A DNA stretch of 64,000 nt from Phyllobates terribilis (lineage: Eukaryota), in the NCBI RefSeq assembly GCF_046119375.1, contig NW_027362765.1, positions 471,262,001 through 471,326,000 of the forward strand. The letters run 5' to 3'. Position 1 is the stretch's first letter; each line of letters starts with the position of its first letter. Made by a program: the position numbers and the translations under genes. The notes under the pieces were generated by a model. That model had not been told where the DNA came from. It worked only from the letters and a program-made list of their open reading frames with translations, and ran no database searches. Below are positions 47,751 through 58,206 of the stretch, piece after piece.

Positions 47751-49964
47751 TTAAGCCACCAAAGAGGTGTTACATGTGGTGTGAACCAAAGTAGGCTTAA
47801 AGAGCGCATCCAGAACTATTTCATTTTTTTACTATGGGCGTAAGGACTAACAGGCAGGTAGTTACGCTGATGTAATGTCGACATAGCAGTGGCTTCTCCT
47901 CTGATCTGCTCTATTGACGAGGCGTGACTGCTGTCATCATGCTGATTGACAGCCGTTCGTTATGTTCACTTTTTGCTGCGCTTCTCTGGCATGTTCCAGG
48001 CAGAATACACCTGAAAAAAGAAGTCATGTGCAAATACCCTAAAACTATGTTCACATGCAGCATTTTTGCAGTGTTTTTTATGCAAATTAAATGCCTCTTT
48101 TTACCAGCAAAAGCTTTGAGATTTTCAGAAATCTCATGCACACGCTTTTTTTTTTTCTCTTGACTAAATTTGAGAACTGCAGCGTCTTTGAAATCGGCAG
48201 CATGTCACTTCTTGCAGCTTTTTTTTCACCCATAGAAGCAATGAGAAAGTGAAAAAAACGCTGCAAAAGAAAAAAACACTCAACAGCATGGCGTTTTGGA
48301 AGCATTTTGGTGAATAAAACTAACTTTATTAAACATGTACTGTAGACAAAGTACACATGTAATCCGCACGCTAAAACACCCACGTAAACGCTGAAAAATG
48401 GTGTCTTTTCTGCCAAGAGAGCAGGTTCTGCTGCAGAAAAGAAAACCACAGCAAAAACACTGAGTATAAACATATTATAGGCTTGGTTATGGTACCATAG
48501 CTGTGTAGTGGGCTTGGTTCTTTTACTGATAATATATAGTTAGCTTGGTTCTAGTACTATTTCTGTGTAATGAGCGTCAGATCTTTGGTGAGGATGTTTC
48601 TATACAGAGTCTGATCATATTGTGCCCACCTCAATGGTGAATTTCATACTGTAAATACAATGATGGGCCACTACTCATGGGCTGTTGCTGTGTGCCTGCC
48701 CCCAGGTCAAAATTTGCCATCCAGCCACTTGCGTCACATCGGATCAACTCTATTAGAAACCTTTACACGCAGTGGTGGGGACAGACCAGAATTACATTTG
48801 TGATATAGTGTTACATACTGTGCTTGGCTCCATGGCTCTGCCCCTGTGGCCCCAGAAGAGCAAAGCAGATGGCGGAACAGCTACTGCTAACTGGGGGCGA
48901 GAAGAAACAGGGGTTTGTGGGAAATGTAATTTACCACTATCACATGGGCAGCACAAAGTGATTTTCACTCAGCAAGGGTTCTGGCCCGTTTAGGATGTGG
49001 GCATTATAAACAGGTCATGGGATGCAACACCTCAATAAGAGCAAGGCGGAAGTAACCACTTTAACTGTTTATTTATTATTAGGTCTGGTTAACGGACCTT
49101 GGCCGGCATCGTCTAGACTCTGCTCATGGACACACTACAACCCGCTCGTTCAGGCATCCTGGCTCGTTCTGGGATCTCGGCCTCGGCATCCCCATGAACA
49201 GATGTTCTGCTCATCTCACCACTTGGCGCCAAGTCCTTTCCCTCCTTGCTGCTCTGGTCTCTTATATCAGGGAACTGTGTCATCAAAGTCACATGACCTG
49301 ATGCTCTGTCTAGACTCTTCCTCCCTGAAACTCTTCTTCTTCCTGTTAGTTCCGCATGGTTCTGTTTAGGCAGTAGGTGGCAGTCTCCGGACACAAATGC
49401 CTCATAGATCTGGGGAATCTCATCCTTTGTGGCACACCCTCTTACAGCATGACGGCTCATGTCAGCGTCAGACACACTATGGCCGGTATTGCAGCTCCTG
49501 CATACCTCCCAACTTTTGAAGAACACAAAGACGAACATATGTTGGCCATGCCCCTTGCCACACCCCAATTCACACCCATTTAACATTATCTTTCTCCCCT
49601 GGCAGGAGGAGTTGTCAGAGGGGCGCTAGCATTGAGGGAAATTCAGCGGACGCCCAAGACTGCAGGTTGTAGACCCAAATCTAGTGTATCCAGGACAGTT
49701 GGGACTAGAGATGAGCGGATGCATTCCGGGGACTTCAGTCCAGGTCAGTGTTACCTTTTGGCTGGACAGGAGGCTGTGAATCTCTTATCTTCCGGCGTCC
49801 CTGGCGGCCTTTGATCACCCAGGGCAGCGCGACGTCATCTGTGTGTCCTGCTCATCTCTAGTTGTGGATTATTTTTTATTCCCTCATTCACAGTTGGAGC
49901 CGCCAGAACTTTCTCAGCGTTATGTTGCGCAACTATACGACATTGGTCTTTTTGGTGTCTGTAA

Positions 49965-50352
49965 GGCCGTGTTCACACGTTGCAGAAATACTGTTGTTTT
50001 TTTTTTTCTGCAGGATCCGCACCAAACTACAGAATAGCAATTTTCTCTAATTATTGCTGCATTTTTTAGGCCCTTTCCCCCTTATTTGATGCGTTTTTGG
50101 TGCAGAAGTAAAGCCACATTTTTTAATTGCTTTTTGTAGTACAGAAAAGCTTTGATTCTTAATAAAATTTCTGCAGTTTTTTACCTGTGTTTTTTTTTTA
50201 GGATGCACCAAAACCGCACAGTTCAGCAGCGTTCTTAGACCACAGGGGGCGCAGTTCTCATGAAATTGCGTCCACTTTGCTTAGACGGCAGAATTTCTGT
50301 GCAAAAAAACAGCAGAAAAAACGCAGCATTTACTCTACATATGAACACGGTC
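49965..50352. mobile_element. PIF/Harbinger MITE
   Basis: TAA TSD at 49962-64 and 50353-55; TIRs GGCCGTGTTCA / TGAACACGGTC. Confidence 0.85.
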
Positions 50353-51108
50353 TAAATATCCAAGCAAAGTGGATGTAATTCCATGAAATCTCTGCCACCT
50401 GTGGTCTGAAGATGCTGCTGAACTCTGCTGTTTTGGTGCATTTTCTCTATAGGCTTCTTCTGAAAAAAAAAACACATGAAGAAAAAAATCTGTTGCATTT
50501 TTAAGAGTAGAATCAAAGCTTTTCTGTACTATAAAAAAGCATTTAAAATGTGGATTCACATCTGCACCAAAATCGCATCAAATAAGCAGGAAAACGCATA
50601 AAAGAAAAGCAGCAAACACGCAATAATCAGAGAAGATTGTTATTGCGTTGTGTGGTGTGTAAACCTGCAGAAAAAGCAGCATTTACACTACGTGTGAACA
50701 CTGCCTCAGCGTTATGTTTTCAATACATTTTTAATACATTTTATATGGGTTTAATAGAGAAAAATATGAATCACGCCATTTTTTTTTACGCCATTTACCG
50801 ATCCCCGTAAATAATCTGATCGCTGTGATGTGCGTGTCGTTACAATTACAGGGACAACAGATAGCTCCGTGTTAACTGCTGATTTATGATGTTTATTATT
50901 TTTTAAAAAGCGCAGTGAAAATAACAATATTTTAAGTGTTTTTCATTATTTTTTCTAATTTTATAGAAATAAAAAAAATCTCTTATTGTCCCTCTAGAAT
51001 ACAATACATAGAAATCCACTGTTATGTGTAATGTATCTCTGTGTAATGTCTGCAGTCAGAGCTGCTATAACAGATCAAGTATGGAAAGTTCTCCACATGC
51101 TCTTACCT

Positions 51109-51183
51109 GAGCTTGTAGCTCAGTGTGTTCAGCTCTTTCCTGGGATACAGAGGGTTGTGGGTTTGATTCCTGGGAGAGGCTCT
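51109..51183 (+). pseudogene. Degenerate tRNA-derived sequence (tRNA pseudogene or SINE head)
   Basis: GAGCTT/AGGCTC acceptor-like pairing, A-box TAGCTCAGTG, B-box GGTTTGATTCC at tRNA spacing; anticodon and T stems are broken. Confidence 0.38.
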
Positions 51184-51687
51184 CACACCAAAAAAAAATA
51201 ATCTCATTTTGTAATTGCTTATAATAAAAATCTTTTAAAGGAATAAAAATCAGACTTTTTTCCACCTCAGAATACAAGTACAAAGATATAAACTGCTGTA
51301 TCCAATGTACTTGTATTCTGTGCATCTGGAGTCACTGCCTGATATAGAGGTTAAGATTACCAGAACCTCCTATATCTCCCATTATGAGCTTTGTCTCATT
51401 GGTAGAGCTGCTCCCTGGGAGGGAAGAGATTGTGCCTGCGAATGAGTTTGAGTCTGGGTAGACCTGAGAGTGAGGTGAATAAATTAAATAGAATTTATGC
51501 ACTTCACAGGGCGGAGCTACAAAGATGTTGGAGAGGTGAGTATAAGTATCATATCCCGGGTGCCCTTATGGTGATTCTTTATTATATTTTAAGGACATTG
51601 GACCTTGTGTCTTTGCAGACCCACGGGCTCCATAATAGTCTCCGATGCCTCTCTTACAAGTGTGGGCCCAGAGGCTTTACTATTATA

Positions 51688-53122
51688 CACTGCTCAAAAA
51701 ATAAAGGGAACACTTAAACAACAGAATATAACTCTAAGTAAATCAGACTTCTGTGAAATCAAACTGTCCACTTAGGAAGCAACACTGATTGACAATCAAT
51801 TTCACATGCTGTTGTGCAAGTGGAATAGACAATAGATGGAAATTATTGGCAAGACTCACTCAATAAAGGAGTGGTTCTGCAGGTGGGGACCACAGACCAC
51901 GTCTCAGTACCAATGCTTTCTGGCTGATGTTTTGATCAATTTTGAATGTTGGTTGTGCTTTCACACTCATGGTAGCATGAGACGGACTCTACAACCCACA
52001 GAAGTTGCTCAGGTAGTGCAGCTCATCCAGGATGGCACATCAATGCGAGCTATGGCAAGAAGGTTTCCTGTGTCTGTCAGCGTAGTGTCCAGAGGCTGGA
52101 TGCGCTACCAGGAGACAGGCCAGTACACCAGGAAATGTGGAGGTGGTCATAGGAGGGCATGAGGGTGGTATAAAGGCCAGACGTGCACAGATGGGGGTTG
52201 TGCTCACAGCCCAACACCGTGCATTACGCTTGGCATTTGCCACAGAGCACCAGGATTGGCAAAGTCGCCACTGGCGCCCTGTGCTCTTCACCGATGAAAG
52301 CAGGTTCACACTGAGCACATGTGACAGATGAGACAGAGTCTGGAGACGCCATGGAGAGCGATCTGCTACCTGCAACATCCTTCAGCATGACCGGTTTGGC
52401 AGTGGGTCAGTAATGGTGTGGGGTGGCATTTCTTTGGAAGGCTGCACAGCCCTCCATGTGCTCGCCAGAGGTAGCCTGACTGCCATTAGGTACCGAGATG
52501 AGATCCTCAGACCCCTTGTGACACCATATGCTGGTGCAGTTGGCCCTGGGTTCTTCCTAATGCAGGACAATGCCAGACCTCATGTGGCTGGAGTGTGTCA
52601 GCAGTTCCTGCAAGATGAAGTCATTGAAGCTATGGACTGGCCCGCCCGTTCCCCAGACCTTAATCCGATTGAGCACAACTGGGACATCATGTCTCTCTCC
52701 ATCCACCAACGTCACGTTGCACCACAGACTGTCCAGGAGTTTGCGGATGCTTTAGTCCAGGTCTGGGAGGAGATCCCACAAGAGACCATCCGCAACCTCA
52801 TCAGGATCATGCCCAGGCGTTGTGGGAGGTCATACAGGCACGTGGAGGCCACACACAATACTGAGCCTCATTTTGACTTGTTTTAAGGACATTACATCAA
52901 AGTTGGATCAGCCTGTAGTGTGTTTTTCCACTTTAATTTTGGGGGTGACTCCAAATCCAGGCCTCCATTGGTTAATAAATTTGATTTCCATGGATGATTT
53001 TTGTGTGATTTTGTTGTCAGCACATTCAACTTTGTACAGAACAAAGTATTCAATGAGAATATTTCATTCATTCAGATCTAGGATGTGTTATTTGAGTGTT
53101 CCCTTTATTTTTTTGAGCAGTG
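51688..53122 (+). mobile_element. Tc1 (DD34E) with internal deletion
   Basis: TA TSDs at 51686-87 and 53123-24; TIR CACTGCTCAAAAAATAAAGGGAACACT; FTDESRF, MQDNARPH, SPDLNPIEH; deletion near 52150. Confidence 0.92.
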
Positions 53123-54340
53123 TATATTTCTTCCATACTGCACTGTTGGTTTGGTATGAGCCGGACATATTTCTGTGTATAAATACATGAACCATGAGAC
53201 TGTTGTCTTTGTTGCAACTCTAGCGTGATCTATATATACTAGTGTCTATCAATTATTTTTACAGATGGTTATTGTGGATGTCCTGCTATGTGGGATGTGG
53301 TCTTCTTTCTCTGGCTGTTTTACATCTGCCACTATTGGCCATTTCTCTCACCTTAGCCACTTATAGTGTACTGTATATATCTTTTCTATTTTGTGGATAA
53401 TAAATATATATTTTTATTAATAGCTCTATCTCTGGCAGTTTTTTTCGAGATCTGTGCCATTCACAAACATTGTTTATGTATTGGCTACAATTCTCTCTCC
53501 TTCGGTATTATATTCTGATAAGAGATAACTGTAATAGGTCTAAATGAGCCGGGAGAAGAGCTGAGTCGAGACGGGACGCAGGACAGTCCCACTGAATACG
53601 GGACGGTTGGGAGCTATAGCTCCTGTCAGTCAGCTTTCCCAGACTCTGTAATATGAAATCTACCCAACTAAGCAGGTAATGTGAGGGGACGTGTCATTAC
53701 ACCATGTACTATTCAGGATGTATGAGAGCTTAGTGATGCCCCCTGTAAGAGCAGTAATGGCAGCCATATTGGTTGTCATCCTGCATTCCCAGATAGAGAT
53801 ACCTAGGGAATGACACAATAGCTGCTCCTATCAAGTACCTCGCTGTGGACGCCTCTCTACAGGGGATTCTCCTTCTTCATGAATGTTCTCTGGAGGATCT
53901 GATCATGTGCCGTCCATGATATGTGGGGTTCTGACTGCAGGGGGCAACATTGTAGATCCACCATCCCCCACTGTGCCACATCCAGTGTATCGAGTCCAGG
54001 CAATGCTCTGTGAGTTTCATAGTTCCCAGCTGCACTGACACATTGTAACAAACCCTCTCCCCTATTATATGAGCAGTAAAATTACTGTCTGGTTTAGAAA
54101 ACCCATTCTTTCCAATGTCCTTTTAGGAAAATCTGGGTAATTGGAGGAGGAACCCAGCTCAGTGTTCTCATTTATTAGCCAAAATGGAGAAAGGTAACAG
54201 CATCTCCTGCTCCGGACCCAACACTCCCAGGAATCACAGCAATTAGCTGATTTATCACCATAGGATGGTAACGATATCGGGGGCATTCGAGCAAATTTAT
54301 TCTAATGTGTATTGGGCCTTAAGACATAAGTGGCAGTATA

Positions 54341-55910
54341 CACTGTGTTCCAAATTATTATGCAAATAATATTTTCTCAGATTTTCCCATATTACCTATA
54401 TGAATTGCAGCCATTGTAATTTTCCAGTCAAATAACTATTAGAGTACAATTGAAAGGTTTTTGTACAAACTGCCTATGATAACAGTATATTTTTAAAAAA
54501 ATAAAAAACTCAAACTGCACTCAAAATGCATGTTCCAAATTATTATGCACAGCAGAGTTTTGAACCTTTTCATTTTAATAAAGAACAAAAAAATGGTCAT
54601 TTTTGAAATTATGAGCATTAGCAGGTTATTACAAACTGAAATCAAACAGTTTTCAACTCAAAACTTTATTCTAAGTGATGTTACATTTGCACATAGGACC
54701 CCTTGTTCGAAAGGAGTTTCTGAACTCTCTCGTCCATTGAATTTGTCAGGTTTTGGATGGTTTCTGCTTTAATTGTTTTGCATGAGGACAGAATACCCTC
54801 CCAGAGCTGTTGCTTAGATGTGAACTGCCTCCCGCCATCATAGACACTCCTTTTGATGATGCTCCAGAGGTTCTCAATGGGGTTGAGGTCAGGGGAGCAT
54901 GGGTGCCACACCATAAGTTTGTCCACTTTTATGCTCATAGCAGCCAGAGATGCAGATGTGTTATGTGCAGCATGAGACGGGGCATTATCATGCATGAAAT
55001 GATCTCGATGGTCCAGATGGATGGAGTGGAGGATGGCTGGTTGATGGACACCCCATGCAAACACGGCTACGGCGCTAACAAGGAGGAGGTGGAGTAATGT
55101 TTTGGGCTGGAATCATGGGGAGAGAGATTGTCGGCCCTTTTAGGATCCCTGAAGGGGTAAAGATGAACTCCATAATTTATGTTGAGTTTCTCAAACAGCA
55201 CTTCCTTCCATGGTTCAAGAAGAAGAACCGTGCATTCCGCAGCAAGATCATTTTCATGCATGATAATGCCCCGTTTCATGCTGCACATAACACATCTGCA
55301 TCTCTGGCTGCTATGGGCATAAAAGGGGACAAACTTATGGTGTGGCACCCATGCTCCCCTGACCTCAACCCCATTGAGAACCTCTGAAGCATCATCAAAA
55401 GGAGTGTCTATGATGGCGGGAGGCAGTTCACATCTAAGCAACAGCTCTGGGAGGGTATTCTGTCCTCATGCAAAACAATTAAAGCAGAAACCATCCAAAA
55501 CCTGACAAATTCAATGGACGAGAGAGTTCAGAAGCTCCTTTCGAACAAGGAGTCCTATGTGCAAATGTAACATCACCTAGAATAAAGTTTTGAGTTGAAA
55601 ACTGTTTGTTTTCAGTTTGTAATAACCTGCTAATGCTCATAATTTCAAAAATTACCATTTTTTTGTTCTTTATTAAAATGAAAAGGTTGAAAACTCTGCT
55701 GTGCATAATAATTTGGAACATGCATTTTGAGTGCAGTTTGAGTTTTTTATTTTTTTAAAAATATACTGTTATCATAGGCAGTTTGTACAAAAGCCTTTCA
55801 ATTGTACTCTAATAGTTATTTGACTGGAAAATTACAATGACTGCAATTCATATAGGTAATTTGGGAAAATCTGAAAAAATATTATTTGCATAATAATTTG
55901 GAACACAATG
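54341..55910. mobile_element. Fold-back derivative of a DD37E (TRT-type) Tc1/mariner element
   Basis: TA TSDs at 54339-40 and 55911-12; 54341-55005 is the reverse complement of 55245-55910; spacer encodes LDGPDGW..GGGVMFWAG; 37 residues between MHD and NPIE. Confidence 0.92.
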
Positions 55911-56052
55911 TAATAATGACTACATGGACGTCCAATGAAATAAAGACAAGCACAAAGATATAAGGGGGGTAAAAAGAAGATTTTATTTATAGATTGAGTT
56001 ATTTTATATTTTAGTATTATGTATATGTGAAAATTATTAATCTATCAGATTT

Positions 56053-56903
56053 AACCTATTTATGGGCCGTGTTGATCCAGAGGAAGGCGAAAACCCCCTG
56101 TAAGGAATAAGCCAATTGTCCTCATATCAGGGGGGAAAATTCCTTCCTGACCCCAAATAAAGTATGGCGGTCAGAATATATCCCAGGATCAAAGGCTGAT
56201 ACCTAATGTAATGTAAATACAAATGAAAAAAATTAAATAATCAAATCCAAACCTACAAAAATAATTTATTTCAATGTCTGAAATTACATATCTTTTCAAC
56301 TAAAATTATTGTAATTTTATACCTTTTTTGTTCTGCTACTATAGTGTGAGTCTCCTTATTAACCTACCATACTAAATGTATTATTATTTATTGTATTTAT
56401 TATTATTAATTTTTTTTTGTATTTATTTATCAGACTTAACCTATTTATGGGCCGTGTTGATCCAGAGGAAGGCGAAAACCCCCTGTGAGGAATAAGCCAA
56501 TTGTCCTCGTATCAGGGGGGAAAATTCCTTCCTGACCCCAAATATGGCGATCAGAATGAATCCCAAGATCAAAGGCTGATACCTAACCTGTGTAATGTAC
56601 CTAACCTGTGTAATGTAAGTGTGATATATAAAAATCATTTTAGTTACTTAGATTAATTATCCTTTTTATTTTTGAAAACTAAATTTATTGTCAACAAAGA
56701 AAATTTTAATTTTTCAAACATTTTTCTTTTGCTACTAGTGTGTGAATCTACTTATTAATTTTTGATACCAAACCTATTTAAGGCCGTGTAGATCCAGAGG
56801 AAGGCGAAAACCTCTATGAGGAATGGGCCAATTGTCCTCATATTAAGGGGAAAAATTCCTTCCTGACCCCAAATATGGCGATCAGATTAAATCCCAGGAT
56901 CAA
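56053..56903 (-). repeat. Three tandem copies of a structured CR1-3'UTR-like module with AT-rich spacers
   Basis: Modules start at 56053, 56438 and 56771; the minus strand begins TTGATCCTGGGA..TCTGA, similar to the CR1 UTR at 2659-2690. Confidence 0.75.
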
Positions 56904-57650
56904 AAGCCAATCTATGTCCTATATCTATGTGTGGAAATGTACGGTGTGCTATATGTTTGCCTATAGTAGTGTGGGTTATGTGATGTGTGATGGGTGCGGT
57001 ACTTACCAGGCCTGTGCTAAGGTGATAATGGCCGCTCTATACATTCTTCTGTTCAGTTGCCCAGGACTATTGTTCTTGAACACATCAGATGGAAACTTAG
57101 CACAGGCCGTCCTGGGGTAGAAGATCTTCTGGATGGAGGGATGTCAGTTGCCAGCCCAGTATTGGAGAAGGCCAAGTCAAGGGTCTGGGGCAGCAAAGCA
57201 ATGGCAGTGGTCCGGCATGAAGATGTTATGGAGAGATATGATGTTGAAGGGCAGCCGAGCTGAAGTACACCAGCAGAGACGAGGTACGGGTCAGGAGGCA
57301 TGAAGTTCTGGGCAGTTGGCACGGGCTCATTCTGCAAGACATAAAAGGACGACATGGATTATTCTCTCTGCCAGATCTTCTGTTATATTAGGGGAATAGT
57401 CTTTAAAATGAACCATTCCCCTATGGAACATAAGATACAATTTACTGATATCATAGGTGTCCTATGTGAACAGAGGTCACTCACCAGATGGTCGTGGATT
57501 CTTTTACAGTCCAGATCTTTTCATCCACCTAAGAGAAACAGAGACATAAAGTCATTGTTAGAAAATGTGAAAAAAGACAAGATGCATGATGATGATTACC
57601 ACAATGTGAGAACAGCACCTGATGGGAGTTATCCCCAGATGAAGAGATCC

Positions 57651-58206
57651 TTACCGGGCCCAGCTTGGTGACACGTACGTAAATCTGTCCACGGGATGAA
57701 GGACTGTATGCTCCGGCCACTGCAGATGATGGTTCTCCAGAACTGGCCTGAATGGTGAAAATGGTGGCTCTGCTCTCCTTTCCTCCAGTTCCTCCCAGCC
57801 GATGGTGCTAAAGAATGGATGCTCCCGGATGTTCCCGCTCACACCCAGGCGTGTCTGAGGGTCTTTGCGCAGCAGCTTCTTGATGAGATGTTTCCCATCA
57901 GCATCAAGCCAAGATGGAAATTTTGGCTTTTCATTGATGATAGCTTTGAAAGCCATTTGCTTGATGGGGCCGTTGTAAAATGGGAATCGTCCTGCTGCCA
58001 TCCTGGACACGACAATCCCCAGGCTCCACCAGTCCACTGCTGCGCCGTATCGTTTTCTACGAAACACCTCAGGAGCCATGTAGTGGAAAGTGCCCGTCAC
58101 TCCAGAGATGTTTTTGGAGGAGGTAACGCCATCTTGGGCAAGCCCAAGGTCGATTATACGGATGTGGCCATCCGCATCCAGCATGATGTTATCTGGCTTT
58201 ATGTCT
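57651..58206 (-). CDS. Kinase exon 4 (catalytic loop to C-terminus)
   Basis: Acceptor tttcattacag; DIKPDN..DLG..APE..DWWSLG..HPFF..PPFSP..RFTYVSP; stop at 57651-53. Confidence 0.95.

Larger units (their letters stand above)
49501..53617. mobile_element. Non-autonomous hAT-bounded unit, 4.1 kb, with nested elements
   Basis: Termini CATACCTCCCAAC / GTTGGGAGCTAT; perfect 8-bp TSD AGCTCCTG at 49493-49500 and 53618-53625. Confidence 0.75.

Noticed and set aside
56053-56195. CGAAAAC-containing structured module as a hammerhead ribozyme
   Set aside because: No CUGANGA upstream of the GAAA on either strand; better explained as CR1 3'UTR-like structure.
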